Below, piece by piece: positions 1 through 11,306 of a stretch of 64,000 bases of DNA (position 1 is its first letter; each line of letters opens with the position of its first letter). Source of the DNA: Archangium sp. (GTDB lineage: Bacteria > Myxococcota > Myxococcia > Myxococcales > Myxococcaceae). Position numbers and translations under genes: made by a program. The notes beneath the pieces are model-generated. The model was not told the origin of the DNA. It saw only the letters and a list, made by a program, of their open reading frames with translations, and made no database searches. Where the stretch lies: contig JANLPS010000373.1 in NCBI GenBank assembly GCA_031367385.1, positions 1 through 64,000 on the forward strand, read 5' to 3'.

Positions 1-68
1 ATTCGCGGGTCGCTCAGCGTTGCAAACCTTTCAATCAGCGTGGCCGTGACCCGCGCGGGCTTCTTCAT
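1..68 (-). CDS. ISAs1-family transposase, N-terminal fragment (partial at window edge)
   Basis: ATG at 68; translation MKKPARVTATLIERFATLSDPR; not in the ORF track because it is truncated by the window edge. Confidence 0.7.
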   Translation of the reverse strand, partial: MKKPARVTATLIERFATLSDPR

Positions 69-141
69 TGCCACCGTCGATCACACCGCCCAAGCGATCG
101 CAATCATTCAATGAGTCGGTGATTTAGATGCGATCGCCCTG
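1..141 (-). mobile_element. Left end of an ISAs1-family insertion sequence (terminal IR 123-141; element continues beyond window start)
   Basis: Minus strand begins CAGGGCGATCGCATCTAAA, resembling ISAs1-type termini, followed by an ORF starting MKKPARVTATLIERFATLSDPR; F-x-x-L-x-D-P-R is the N-terminal hallmark of ISAs1 transposases. Confidence 0.75.
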
Positions 142-154
142 GCTCGGCTCACGC

Positions 155-1096
155 ATGCGCGCCGTCGTCTATGACCGCTATGGGCCTCCGTCAGTGCTCG
201 AGCTGCGGGAGCTTGCCGCTCCGAAGCCTTTGCCGGGCGAGGTGTTGGTGCGGGTCAAGGCTGCGGGGCTCAACCCCAAAGATTCTTTCGTGCGCAAAGG
301 CCGTTTTCGCGCGGTGACAGGCCGTACTTTTCCTCGCCAGCTCGGGTACGACTTCGCGGGCACCATCGAGTCGCTCGGCCGGGGCGCGAGCGGCCTCGAC
401 GTGGGCGCGCCGGTCTTCGGCATGATCAATGGGTGGGCCGGAGGCACCCTGGCCGAGCTCGTCGTCGCGCGGGTTGACGAGCTGTCGGCAAAGCCTGCCA
501 CCGTGAGCTTCGAGCAGGCCGCCGCGGTGCCGTTGGCGGCGTTGACCGCCCTGCAAGCGCTGCGCGACGAAGCGAAGCTGAGGTCTGGTGACGAGCTGAT
601 CATTCACGGGGCGTCAGGCGGGGTCGGGCTGTTCGCGATTCAGCTGGCCCGGGCCATGGGCGCCAGCGTGACCACCACCTCGAGCGAGCGAAACCTCGAG
701 TTCTGTCGGCAGCTTGGGTCGACCCGCACCCTCGACTACCACCGCACCTCAGGGCTCGAGACCCCCGGCGCGTGGCGCGTCTTCTTCGATGTCTTTGGCA
801 ACCGCTCGTTCTCGGCGGTCAAGCCAGCGCTGCGTGAGCGCGGAGTCTTCGTGAGCACGGTGCCGTCGCCCTGCCTCGCCTGGCAGCAGCTGCTAACGCG
901 CTTTGCCAAACGTCGCGCGCGGTTGGTGCAGGTGCGCTCGAACTCGGCCGACCTCGCGTACCTCGGCGGGCTCATCGACGCGGGGCACCTGGTGCCGGTG
1001 ATTGACCGCGTATGGCCGCTCGCGTCAGCCGCCGAAGCCCAAGCGCACATTGAAACGAAGCGCACGAGAGGCAAAGTCGTCATCACACTCGAATAA
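155..1096 (+). CDS. NAD(P)-dependent medium-chain dehydrogenase/reductase (quinone oxidoreductase-like, zinc-independent)
   Basis: MRAVVYDRYGPP start, VKAAGLNPKD, GYDFAGTI, HGASGGVG nucleotide-binding motif, GKVVI end. The track start at 128 lies inside the IS terminal repeat, so 155 is preferred. Confidence 0.9.
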   Translation: MRAVVYDRYGPPSVLELRELAAPKPLPGEVLVRVKAAGLNPKDSFVRKGRFRAVTGRTFPRQLGYDFAGTIESLGRGASGLDVGAPVFGMINGWAGGTLAELVVARVDELSAKPATVSFEQAAAVPLAALTALQALRDEAKLRSGDELIIHGASGGVGLFAIQLARAMGASVTTTSSERNLEFCRQLGSTRTLDYHRTSGLETPGAWRVFFDVFGNRSFSAVKPALRERGVFVSTVPSPCLAWQQLLTRFAKRRARLVQVRSNSADLAYLGGLIDAGHLVPVIDRVWPLASAAEAQAHIETKRTRGKVVITLE

Positions 1097-1131
1097 CCAA
1101 TGGGCATACAGTCACGAGGCGGGGGCTCTCG

Positions 1132-3126
1132 ATGTCGGCGATTGATGACGACCACTGGCTCGACCATGCGATTGACCTCGACGGGCATGGGTTCTTTCGC
1201 ATCGACGTGTCGACCGGTCAGTTCACCTCTCGCGGGGCGCTCTGGCAGCAGCTCAGTGGCGGCCTCGGCCCGCACGCGACGTTCGCTGACTTCGGCGGCT
1301 TGATGCACGACGACTCCCGAGCGGCGGTCTTTGATTCGATGAGCGCGTTGGTCGAGGGCCGCTTGAGCGAAGCGCGGGTGACGTTTCGATTGCGGCCCGG
1401 CGTCAGCCAGGTGACCTGGCTCGAGAGCCGCAGCAAGGCGCTCGTTCGCGACCCGGCTGGCCGGGCCAAGACGCTGGTGGGCTCGGTCATCGACTGCAGT
1501 GAGCTGATGAAGGCGAAGTTCGCTCCGGCGGCGCTGGAGGTGAAGCTTTCGCAGGTGGAGAACCGGTTTCGCAGCCTGCTGGCGAGCACCAAAGACGCAG
1601 TGTGGTGCTACGAATGCAACCCGCCGATACCGCTGTCGCTGCCGCTCGATGATCAATTCGATCTGTTGCTCGAGGCCAAGCTGGTCGACTCGAACGCCCC
1701 GCATATGGCCATGCACGGCGCGACCGACGTCGACCAGATTCTCGGCCAGACCATGAAGGCCCTCAACCGCGCGCGCATTGGCTCTCTGCGCGAGGTCTAC
1801 AAGGTCATGGCGAAGAACAAGTTCGTTCTCGACGGCGCTCGCCTCGACGACCTCGGTGGGCGAAACACCATCTTGCGGGCGCAAGCGGCGATCGAGCACG
1901 GGGCGCTGGCGCGCATGTGGGGCAGCTACGCCGACATCACCGAGAAGATTCAGGCCGAGCGCGACCGGGAGCAGCTCGAGGGGCAGCTGCGACAGGCGCA
2001 CAAGATGGAGAGCATCGGCGCCCTGGCCGGCGGCATGGCGCACGACTTCAACAACGTGCTGGCCTCGATTCTGGCCGAGGCCGACCTGGGGGCCCACGCC
2101 ATCGCCACCGGCGACCCGGGGGAGCTGCGCGATTCGTTCGCGTTGATCAAGAAGTCGGCTGAACGTGGCGCCGCGCTGACCCGCCGGCTGCTGGCCTTTG
2201 CACGCCACCGCACCGGCCCCCGTCGGCGCATGCGAATTGATCTGCTCGTTCACGAGCTGTGGCCGATGCTGCGGCGGTTGATCTCGGAGTCGATCGCCTT
2301 GCGCCTCGAGACGCCGGAGCCCCTGTGGGCGGTGGTCGACCCCTCGCACATCGAGCAGAGCATCGTCACCCTGGTGGTCAACGCGCGTGAAGCGATTGGT
2401 GCGAGCCCGGGTGAAATCACCGTGCGGGTCGCGGCGGCACAGGTGGGCGCGGGCGAGGTGCGGGCGAAGAACTGGGTCACGCCGGGGGCCTTCGTGCGGT
2501 TGACGGTACGCGACACGGGCCCGGGCATCGACCCGGCCATGCACGAGCGCATCTTCGAGCCGTTCTTCACCACCAAGCCGCCGGGAGAAGGCAGTGGGCT
2601 CGGGTTGTCGATGGTCTACGGCATTCTCAAGCAGCACGAAGGGTTCGCCGAGGTGCGCAACGCCGAGGGCGGGGGCGCGCAGTTCGACCTCTCGCTGCCG
2701 CGGGTCTCGCCCGAAGCGAACGTCGAGCCGAGTTTTCGCACCCCGATACCGTCGGCTCCAGCCAATGAACGGGTGTTGTTGGTCGAAGACCAGCCAGAGC
2801 TGCGAGAGAGCGCCCGGCGCATCTTGGAGAGCGGCGGCTACCAAGTGAAGACGGCAGTCGACGGGCTCGATGCGGCCCAGGTCTTCACCGCCTGTGGCCC
2901 GTTCGAGGTGCTGGTGCTCGACGTGGTGATGCCCCACTGCTCAGGCCCGAGGTTCTACGAAGGGTTGGCCGAGCCGCGGCCGCCGGTGCTCTTCACCAGT
3001 GGCTACAACGAAGAAGCGCTCGACGGGCCACTCTTCACTGGGGCCGGTCGCGGCTACGTGGCCAAGCCCTACGGCCGCGAAGGGTTGTTGTGGGCGTTGC
3101 GCAGCGTTCTCGATTCGCGCGAGTGA
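1132..3126 (+). CDS. Hybrid sensor histidine kinase/response regulator (PAS-HisKA-HATPase-REC)
   Basis: H-box GGMAHDFNN, N-box VVNAREA, DTGPGI, FEPFFTTK, GSGLGL; C-terminal receiver LLVEDQ...LDVVMP...AKPY. Confidence 0.95.
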   Translation: MSAIDDDHWLDHAIDLDGHGFFRIDVSTGQFTSRGALWQQLSGGLGPHATFADFGGLMHDDSRAAVFDSMSALVEGRLSEARVTFRLRPGVSQVTWLESRSKALVRDPAGRAKTLVGSVIDCSELMKAKFAPAALEVKLSQVENRFRSLLASTKDAVWCYECNPPIPLSLPLDDQFDLLLEAKLVDSNAPHMAMHGATDVDQILGQTMKALNRARIGSLREVYKVMAKNKFVLDGARLDDLGGRNTILRAQAAIEHGALARMWGSYADITEKIQAERDREQLEGQLRQAHKMESIGALAGGMAHDFNNVLASILAEADLGAHAIATGDPGELRDSFALIKKSAERGAALTRRLLAFARHRTGPRRRMRIDLLVHELWPMLRRLISESIALRLETPEPLWAVVDPSHIEQSIVTLVVNAREAIGASPGEITVRVAAAQVGAGEVRAKNWVTPGAFVRLTVRDTGPGIDPAMHERIFEPFFTTKPPGEGSGLGLSMVYGILKQHEGFAEVRNAEGGGAQFDLSLPRVSPEANVEPSFRTPIPSAPANERVLLVEDQPELRESARRILESGGYQVKTAVDGLDAAQVFTACGPFEVLVLDVVMPHCSGPRFYEGLAEPRPPVLFTSGYNEEALDGPLFTGAGRGYVAKPYGREGLLWALRSVLDSRE

Positions 3127-3145
3127 TGTACTAGAAACGACACCC

Positions 3146-3859
3146 ATGGTCGTCTGGTGGCATGCACTGCTGACGGCGCTGTGGGGCGGCCTGATGGCCC
3201 TCGAGCGTCGCGCATTCTTGCAGGCGATGATCTCGCGGCCGCTGGTGGCGGGAGCAGGTACCGGGTTCTTGCTCGACGACGTGCAGACCGGGCTCTACGT
3301 GGGTGTGGTGTTCGAGCTGCTGCATTTGGGCGGCGTTTCGCTGGGCGGCTCGCACGCGCACCATGAGACCTTGCCCGCCATCGCGGCGGCGGCGATGGCG
3401 TCGGCGATGGGCAACGCCACGGGCAGCGACGGCACTCCGGCGATGTGGTCGCTGTCGATTCTCATCTTCGCGCCGTCGGGGTGGCTCGGGCGCCGGTTGG
3501 AGACGAGGCTCGATTTGCGGGCGCGCAAGTACGTCGGCCGGGCCCGTGACGCGACCAACTTGCAGGAGTTTCGCCGGGCGGCGCGGCAGAACCTGCGGGC
3601 GATGTGGCCCCAGTTCGTCTTCTACGGCGTGCTCAGCGGGTTCGCCTGCCTGCTGGGCTACGCGGCGGCGCCGCTGGAGCAGGTGATACCGCTGGGGGTG
3701 CTGCGGGGCCTGGCCTGGGCGTACCCGGCGATGAGCGTGGTGGCGGCGGCGATTGCGGTGCAGGGCAGCCGGGCTTCGGGGCGCAGCCTGATCGCGAGCG
3801 TGTCGGCGGTGGTGGTGTCGGTCGTGGCCTTCGTCACCTGGTACCGGAGCACGCTGTGA
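3146..3859 (+). CDS. PTS mannose/fructose/sorbose-family IIC component
   Basis: LERRAFLQAMISRPLVAG and GVVFELLHLG motifs, hydrophobic; GTGA overlap with the IID gene. Confidence 0.85.
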   Translation: MVVWWHALLTALWGGLMALERRAFLQAMISRPLVAGAGTGFLLDDVQTGLYVGVVFELLHLGGVSLGGSHAHHETLPAIAAAAMASAMGNATGSDGTPAMWSLSILIFAPSGWLGRRLETRLDLRARKYVGRARDATNLQEFRRAARQNLRAMWPQFVFYGVLSGFACLLGYAAAPLEQVIPLGVLRGLAWAYPAMSVVAAAIAVQGSRASGRSLIASVSAVVVSVVAFVTWYRSTL

Positions 3860-4623
3860 GCCCGCGGCCACTCTCGGCGTCGACGCTCTGGCGCGTGTTC
3901 GGGCGCAGCTTGTTCATTCAAGCGGGGTTCAACACCGAGAGCCTGCAGACGCTGGGGTTGGTGTACGCGCTCGAGCCGGCGCTCAAGGAGCTCTACCCGT
4001 CGCCCGATGCCGAGCAGGCGGCGCTCCAGCGGCACCTGACGACGACCTTCAATACGCACCCCTACGTTTCGGCGGCCATCGTGGGCGGCATCTTGTTTCA
4101 CGAGCAGCGGCTGGCGAGCGGTGACGAGGGGCCGGAGGCGGTGGCGAAGTTCAAGTCGACCTTGATGGGCCCGCTGGCGGCGCTGGGTGACGGGTTTTTC
4201 TGGCTCTCGCTGAGGCCGGCGGTCGGGGCGCTCTCGGCGGCGCTGGTGCCGGTGATTTCGGCCTGGGCGGTGCCGGTGTACCTGCTGCTCTACAACCTGG
4301 TGCACTTCACCGCGCGAGGGCGCCTGTTCACGCTGGGGCTCAAGTACGGTGACGGGTTGGTGCAGCGGCTCGAGGCCGTGCGGGTCAAGCAGTACGGCGA
4401 GCGGCTGCGGCAGTTGGCGGCGGCCTGCGCCGGCGGGCTGGGGGCGTCGATTGCGCTCTCGTTCGGGTTGCAGCAGCGAGACCTGGCGGGGCTCGAGTTG
4501 ACCCTGGGCTGCGCGGCGGCGGGCGCGTTCGCGGCGTTCTTGGCCGAGCGGCGGGTGAGCCCGTACATCATGCTCTACGCGATTGCGGCGGCGGCGATGG
4601 TGGCGGGGCTGCTGAGCACCTGA
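3856..4623 (+). CDS. PTS mannose/fructose/sorbose-family IID component
   Basis: RSLFIQAGFNTESLQTLG, FNTHPY, LMGPLAALGDGFFW motifs. Confidence 0.9.
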   Translation: MSPRPLSASTLWRVFGRSLFIQAGFNTESLQTLGLVYALEPALKELYPSPDAEQAALQRHLTTTFNTHPYVSAAIVGGILFHEQRLASGDEGPEAVAKFKSTLMGPLAALGDGFFWLSLRPAVGALSAALVPVISAWAVPVYLLLYNLVHFTARGRLFTLGLKYGDGLVQRLEAVRVKQYGERLRQLAAACAGGLGASIALSFGLQQRDLAGLELTLGCAAAGAFAAFLAERRVSPYIMLYAIAAAAMVAGLLST

Positions 4624-4865
4624 CCGTGCGGCCTGCGCGTACCGACGCGAGGCCTTGATGAGCGCGAATGTTGAGTACGGGTTGCGGCCCTGGCCGACGC
4701 TGTGCAGTGGTCGCTCGTTGACGCGAGGGTCCTTCGAGCCCCCTTGGACGAACGGGGTTGCTGATGGATCGAACGTCGGGCTTCGCGGCCCCCTGTTGGA
4801 TTGCCCTCGGCGGCATCAATGTGGTGGCGCACGCGACGGAGAGCCGTAACCACTGAGAATACTCG

Positions 4866-4913
4866 TGCTTTTGCAGAACGCAGAAAGCGCAAAAGCAGAA
4901 CGCATGCGTTCTG
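4866..4913. promoter_or_regulatory. Overlapping inverted and direct repeats upstream of the ECF operon (candidate operator)
   Basis: TGCTTTTGC (4866-4874) / GCAAAAGCA (4889-4897) IR; perfect palindrome CAGAACGCATGCGTTCTG (4896-4913); GCAGAACGCA repeated at 22 bp spacing. Confidence 0.4.
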
Positions 4914-5019
4914 GCGAGAATCGGGGTCTGCGCAGGTCTCGAGGGAGCTTGTCGCTGGGGCGTCAACGAGGATGCTTTTCGCGTAAGGGGAGCTCGGTCG
5001 GCGGTGTGTTGAAGGGACA

Positions 5020-5553
5020 ATGAGACAGGGACCTCTCCAACCCTCGAGCGAACCGGTGTCAGCGGCCGAGCTCGAAGCGTTCGAAAAAACGGTGACCGCG
5101 AGCGCGAACCGTCTCTACCGGCTCGCCGCGCGGCTGCTCGGTTCGACCAGCGACGCCGAAGATGTGGTGCAAGAGAGCTACTTTCGGGCCTTCGCGACCT
5201 TTCGAGATTCCGCGTTCGAGCGACCCGAAAATCCGCTTCCGTGGTTGATCACGGTGGTCACGCGGGTGGCCCTCAATACCTTGCGTGAACGAAAACGCCG
5301 CAGCGCTCGCGATACGGCCTGGCACCAGTCGCGCCTCAAATCGCAGCAAGCGGTCGAAGCGCACGCGCAGTTGACTGAGCTGTCGGGGTGGCTCGACGAG
5401 CTTCCTGAAGATCAGCGCGTCGCCCTGGTGCTCAAAGAGCTCGAGGGGCTGTCGACGGCCGAAATCGCGACCACCTTGGGGTGCTCGGTCGGCGCTGTCG
5501 AACAACGAATTTTTCGCGCACGTACCGCCCTCAAACGGAGGACTGAGTCATGA
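5020..5553 (+). CDS. ECF-type RNA polymerase sigma factor
   Basis: Region 2 DAEDVVQESY...WLITVVTRVALN; region 4 LPEDQRVALVLKELEGLSTAEIA...RARTAL. Confidence 0.93.
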   Translation: MRQGPLQPSSEPVSAAELEAFEKTVTASANRLYRLAARLLGSTSDAEDVVQESYFRAFATFRDSAFERPENPLPWLITVVTRVALNTLRERKRRSARDTAWHQSRLKSQQAVEAHAQLTELSGWLDELPEDQRVALVLKELEGLSTAEIATTLGCSVGAVEQRIFRARTALKRRTES

Positions 5554-7346
5554 ACGAGCTCGACGACTATTTCGCCCGTGCGCGCAAAGAGACGGAGTCT
5601 CTCCAGGCACCGAAGGCCTTGGTGCAAGGTGTTCTCGAGGGTGTTCGCTCACGCGCGGCGCAGCCCCCGCAGGTGTTCGGGCCGCTGTCAGGGGTGGGAG
5701 AGGGTCGAAGGATTTCGTGGCGGTGGCTCGCGCTCTTGGCATTGATGGCGGGGGCTGCACTGTGGGTCGGGGTGGGGGCCGACGGCGTGCAGGAGACTCC
5801 GATCGAGACAGAGGTCGGCGCCGAGGGCTCAGCGCGCACGCCAGCGCAAGAACAACGCGAGGGCACTCCGCGCTCATGGAGCGTTCCGCGCGCGCTTGTT
5901 CTGATCGGCGGCAAGGCCGCGGGGAAGGATGCGCTTCAACCATCATCGACACCGTCGGTACCAGACGAGCTGCGGTCAGGGGCGGTCTCGCCAGACCCGA
6001 CGCCGGCAGCGATGCCTTCAACCAGCGCCCCGTCGGCGACGGAACTCGTGAAGCCGCGAAGCGTGGCGCCCGTCGAGGCTGTCGCTCAAGCTCCGATGAC
6101 CGAGTTGGCAGGCAAGGCGGCTTTTCCCTCTTTGTTGTTTGCGAGGGCCATCGATGGTCAGTGGCTGCAGCTGGGCAACCGGCTCGTCTTGATTCACGTC
6201 GTCTCAACGCATTGTGCCGAATGCTTTGCTGGCGTATCCGAGTTGAAACGAATCGCGAAGCTGACCGGGGTGGTGATCGTCGGCATCGCTGATGATGACT
6301 CAACCGAGCTGGCTGCCGCTGCGAAGCAGTACGCGTACCCTTTCCCCCTCATCGCCGACCCGCAAAGGCGTCTCCTGGCTCAGTTTCCCGAGGGTCGACG
6401 GCCAATGCATGTCGTGGTCGATCGGCAGGGTTTTTTCTTTCGCGAGACCACCACGAGCAGCATCGCCTTTGACGACATCCAAGCCGCGATTCGGTTTGCC
6501 GACACCCCACACGTCGTGAGTCGGGTCGTTCGCGCGGTACCACTCGAGGGCCTTTGCTCGATCGAAGGGCAGGTGGAACGGAAGGGCGATTCGATGCCCG
6601 TGGTCGCTGCGACGCTGACGTTCGGCCTGAAGGGCCCGGCGACCGACCCGGACTTTTCCTCGGGAACGCTCAAAGCAACCACTGACGCGCAGGGCCATTA
6701 CGTGCTCACCGATGTGGCGTGCACAACCTTTCTAGGTCGCGCGTCGATGCCAGGCGTCAGCCCGATTGACTTCGAGGTGCGGGCGTTGCCCTCTGGAGCC
6801 ATCGCGCCGCTGGTGGTGGTGCCAGGCGTCGGGTCGGTCAGCGGCACGGTGTACGACGCCCACAGGTTCGTCATCGCTGGTGCAACGGTCAGTGAGTGTG
6901 TCGACTCGCCCACGTCACCGCGTATTGAGACCGTCGCCGACGAACGGGGTCAGTTCACCCTTTCGGGGGTCAATGCCGGGCCTTTGCGCTGTTTGGTCGC
7001 CACGATTAAAGGGCAAGAGGCCGTCGGTGTCGGCTGTGTCGCAGTGCAAGAACAACAACTGGCGAATGTGCGCGTCGAGGTTCGAGCCGCGAAGATAAAG
7101 GGTACCGTCACTGGGCTCAAAGCGAGGGGTGCCCTTTTTGTTCGCGCGGAGCCCGGCTGGAACTGCAATCAGCTTTCACCGACGAAGCCGATTCGGCGCG
7201 ACGGCTCTTTCGAGCTCACCGTCTTCCCGGGCAAGTACCGGGTTGGTTTCCACGACCCGTTTTCGCGAAGCCTGGGCCGAATGCAAACGATTCAAGCCGT
7301 TGAGGATCGGACGGCACACGTCGAACTGACCGACGACCGACCGTGA
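5550..7346 (+). CDS. Putative anti-sigma membrane protein: short cytoplasmic N-terminus, TM helix, TlpA/redoxin-like domain (CxxC), carboxypeptidase-regulatory-like beta domains
   Basis: ATGA overlap with sigma; TM WLALLALMAGAALWVGV; HVVSTHCAEC...YPFPLIADP...RPMHVVVDRQG; repeats such as GSVSGTVYD...GATV...ADERGQFTLSGV. Confidence 0.65.
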   Translation: MNELDDYFARARKETESLQAPKALVQGVLEGVRSRAAQPPQVFGPLSGVGEGRRISWRWLALLALMAGAALWVGVGADGVQETPIETEVGAEGSARTPAQEQREGTPRSWSVPRALVLIGGKAAGKDALQPSSTPSVPDELRSGAVSPDPTPAAMPSTSAPSATELVKPRSVAPVEAVAQAPMTELAGKAAFPSLLFARAIDGQWLQLGNRLVLIHVVSTHCAECFAGVSELKRIAKLTGVVIVGIADDDSTELAAAAKQYAYPFPLIADPQRRLLAQFPEGRRPMHVVVDRQGFFFRETTTSSIAFDDIQAAIRFADTPHVVSRVVRAVPLEGLCSIEGQVERKGDSMPVVAATLTFGLKGPATDPDFSSGTLKATTDAQGHYVLTDVACTTFLGRASMPGVSPIDFEVRALPSGAIAPLVVVPGVGSVSGTVYDAHRFVIAGATVSECVDSPTSPRIETVADERGQFTLSGVNAGPLRCLVATIKGQEAVGVGCVAVQEQQLANVRVEVRAAKIKGTVTGLKARGALFVRAEPGWNCNQLSPTKPIRRDGSFELTVFPGKYRVGFHDPFSRSLGRMQTIQAVEDRTAHVELTDDRP

Positions 7347-7483
7347 GCCAACGTACCGAAAGCGCTGGGCTTCGGTGAGCCCTGGGCCGATTGACCACAA
7401 AAAGTGGCAGCCGGCTGCGCACTCCCAAACGCTCCGGTGTCAATCTCGAGCCCCCCTCTCTCTCTTCGCGGCTCCCGGTACCC

Positions 7484-8038
7484 ATGGCCTCCATCACGAA
7501 AACCGACGACGTCTCGAGCACGAGCTCGCTCGAGCAACCCAAAGAGGTGTCATTCGCCGAGATGTTGAAGTTCGAGACGACCGTCGCGTCGCTCGCGAGC
7601 AAGTTCGGCCCCCTCAACCTGCGCATCGGAGAAGCTGAGGACGCCGCCAAGAAGGCCGGCTGGGGGCCGAAGGCGTCTGGCAACGAGAAGCTTATCGCCG
7701 CGATGAAGACTGACCGCGACGCCTTGGTGAAACAAAGAGACGCCTTGGGCCAAGACTGGTCAGTGCTTGACCGTCAGACCGCCGCGCCTCGCGCCGCCAT
7801 CTCCAAGGCTGACGGCGAGGTCTTCGCCTTGCGCGCATCGGTCAAAGACATTGAATCGCGCCCAGGCGCGAGCATCGCGAACCGGCTGCCGACCTCTGAA
7901 CTCTCGAAGCTCAAGGTGCAGCTCCGCGCCGCCGAAGCCAAGGTCTCCGACTTGAAAGACCGCTTCGGGCCCTCCATCGACATCTGGCGGAACACGGGGC
8001 TCAAGTTGGGGAAGATCCGCATCTACTCCGACGACTGA
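7484..8038 (+). CDS. Hypothetical coiled-coil protein (start uncertain, 7391 or 7484)
   Basis: Open frame with GC3-biased codons filling the gap before convergent ettA; helical A/K/L/E-rich sequence. Confidence 0.6.
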   Translation: MASITKTDDVSSTSSLEQPKEVSFAEMLKFETTVASLASKFGPLNLRIGEAEDAAKKAGWGPKASGNEKLIAAMKTDRDALVKQRDALGQDWSVLDRQTAAPRAAISKADGEVFALRASVKDIESRPGASIANRLPTSELSKLKVQLRAAEAKVSDLKDRFGPSIDIWRNTGLKLGKIRIYSDD

Positions 8039-8044
8039 CGGGGC

Positions 8045-9721
<1,677 letters not shown>

Positions 9722-9763
9722 GCAGCGCGGCCTAGTCGCTCACGATGTTCGCTACAAGAGCAG

Positions 9764-11215
9764 TTACGGGAGGGTCAGCACGTTGACGGGGGTGACCGAG
9801 TCGTTGCCGGTGCCATCTCCGAGGGCGTTGCCGTCGGTGACGCCCCAGCATTTGACCGCGCCGGTCGAGAGGAGCGCACAGACGTGCTCGGTGCCGCCGG
9901 CGATGGCTGAGACGGTGCTGCTGATGCCGCTCAAGCCCGAGACGTCGGCCGGGGTGGCACTGCTGGCGGCGGGAAATGCCCCCAGCTTGTCGCCCCAGCA
10001 CTTGACGCCGTTGGTGGAGGTCACCGCGCAGCTGTAGTCGTACCCGGCGACGACCCCCTGGGCTGCCGCGGTGAAGCCGGAGGCCGCGGCCGGAGTCGAG
10101 ACCATGCCGCTCTTGGTGCCGGTGCCGATTTCACCGAACTCGTTCTTGCCCCAGCAGCTGACGCCCGCCGTGGTCGCCGCGCAGGTGTGGGCGTTACCGG
10201 TCGCGAGGGAGGTGACGCCGCTGGTGAGCGTGAGCACTGTGACCGGCACGTTCGAGGAGGGGGCGCTGGTACCGTCGCCGAGGCGATCGAAGGCATTGGT
10301 GCCCCAGCATTTGACGCCTCCTGCGCTGGTCACCGCGCACGTGCCTTCGGTACCGGCCGAGAGCGAGACGATGCCAGACGAGAGGCCGACCACGTCAACG
10401 GGCACCGGCGAATTGTTGTAGTTGTCGTCGCCGTTGCCCAATTCACCGCTGTTGTGGCCCCAACATTTGACGCCGCCTCCGGTCGTGAGCGCGCACGTAT
10501 GCTGAAAGCCAGCGACGACTTTGCTCACGCCCGAGGTGAGGCCCACGACGTCAACGGGTGTCGGCGAATCGGGGCCGCCGTTGTTGCCGAGCTGGCCGGC
10601 CTCGTTGGCGCCCCAACACTTGAGCCCGCCGCTGACGATGACGCAGGTGTGGTCGGCGAACGAGCTGATCGCGCTGGCGCCAGTGATGCCGACAACCTCA
10701 ACGGGCGCGTTGGCGATGTCATTGTCGATGGCTCCGTTGCCGAGCTGGCCGTAGCTGTTGCCACCCCAGCACCGAACCTTGCCGCCGGTGACGACTGCGC
10801 AGGAGTGCTGCCGACCCGAGGCGATGGCGATCGCCACGGCGCTCGGCAAGCCGGCGTCGACGCTGCCACCGACTCCCGCGTCTACGCTGCCCCCGCCACC
10901 GGCGTCGACCGTGCCCCCGCCCCCCGCGTCGACCATGCCCCCGCCCCCCGCGTCGACCATCATCGTGCCGGAGTCTCGCGAGACCCCGTTGCCGGCATCG
11001 GCACCCCCGGTGCCACCCCCCGTCCCTCCGCCAGTTCCGCCTCCCGTCCCCCCTCCGGTGCCTCCGCCGGTGCCGCCACCCGTCCCGCCACCGGTGGTTC
11101 CGGAGTCGACCTTGTTGCCTCCTCCGCCACCTCCGGAGCCTCCGTCATTGCCGGCAGAGCTGCCTCCACAGGCGATGAGAGCAAAGACGGCGAGTGTCAG
11201 AAGGATGCGGTTCAT
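9764..11215 (-). CDS. RCC1-repeat (beta-propeller) lipoprotein with Gly/Thr and VDAG linker
   Basis: Lipobox LIAC; repeated (H)TCA...GGVKCWG.N..GQLG units. Confidence 0.9.
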   Translation of the reverse strand: MNRILLTLAVFALIACGGSSAGNDGGSGGGGGGNKVDSGTTGGGTGGGTGGGTGGGTGGGTGGGTGGGTGGADAGNGVSRDSGTMMVDAGGGGMVDAGGGGTVDAGGGGSVDAGVGGSVDAGLPSAVAIAIASGRQHSCAVVTGGKVRCWGGNSYGQLGNGAIDNDIANAPVEVVGITGASAISSFADHTCVIVSGGLKCWGANEAGQLGNNGGPDSPTPVDVVGLTSGVSKVVAGFQHTCALTTGGGVKCWGHNSGELGNGDDNYNNSPVPVDVVGLSSGIVSLSAGTEGTCAVTSAGGVKCWGTNAFDRLGDGTSAPSSNVPVTVLTLTSGVTSLATGNAHTCAATTAGVSCWGKNEFGEIGTGTKSGMVSTPAAASGFTAAAQGVVAGYDYSCAVTSTNGVKCWGDKLGAFPAASSATPADVSGLSGISSTVSAIAGGTEHVCALLSTGAVKCWGVTDGNALGDGTGNDSVTPVNVLTLP

Positions 11216-11306
11216 GAGAAAACTCCAGACGTGATGGGCTTACGAATGAGGCGAGAAGCTGGTCGATGGAAAATGACTTGTCCATTTTGCGGGTACGGCG
11301 TGCGGC

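Noticed and set aside
736..2937. Long antisense ORF (also 18069-20279, 35949-37229, 39760-41187, 46552-48081)
   Set aside because: Shadow frames opposite well-supported genes, expected in high-GC DNA; no recognisable motifs.
4750..4856. Possible MFS transporter C-terminal remnant (GLLMDRTSGFAAP...)
   Set aside because: Too short to support without a search.
10850..11150. GGT and VDAG tandem repeats
   Set aside because: In-frame low-complexity linker of a kind common in myxobacterial lipoproteins; not an independent element.
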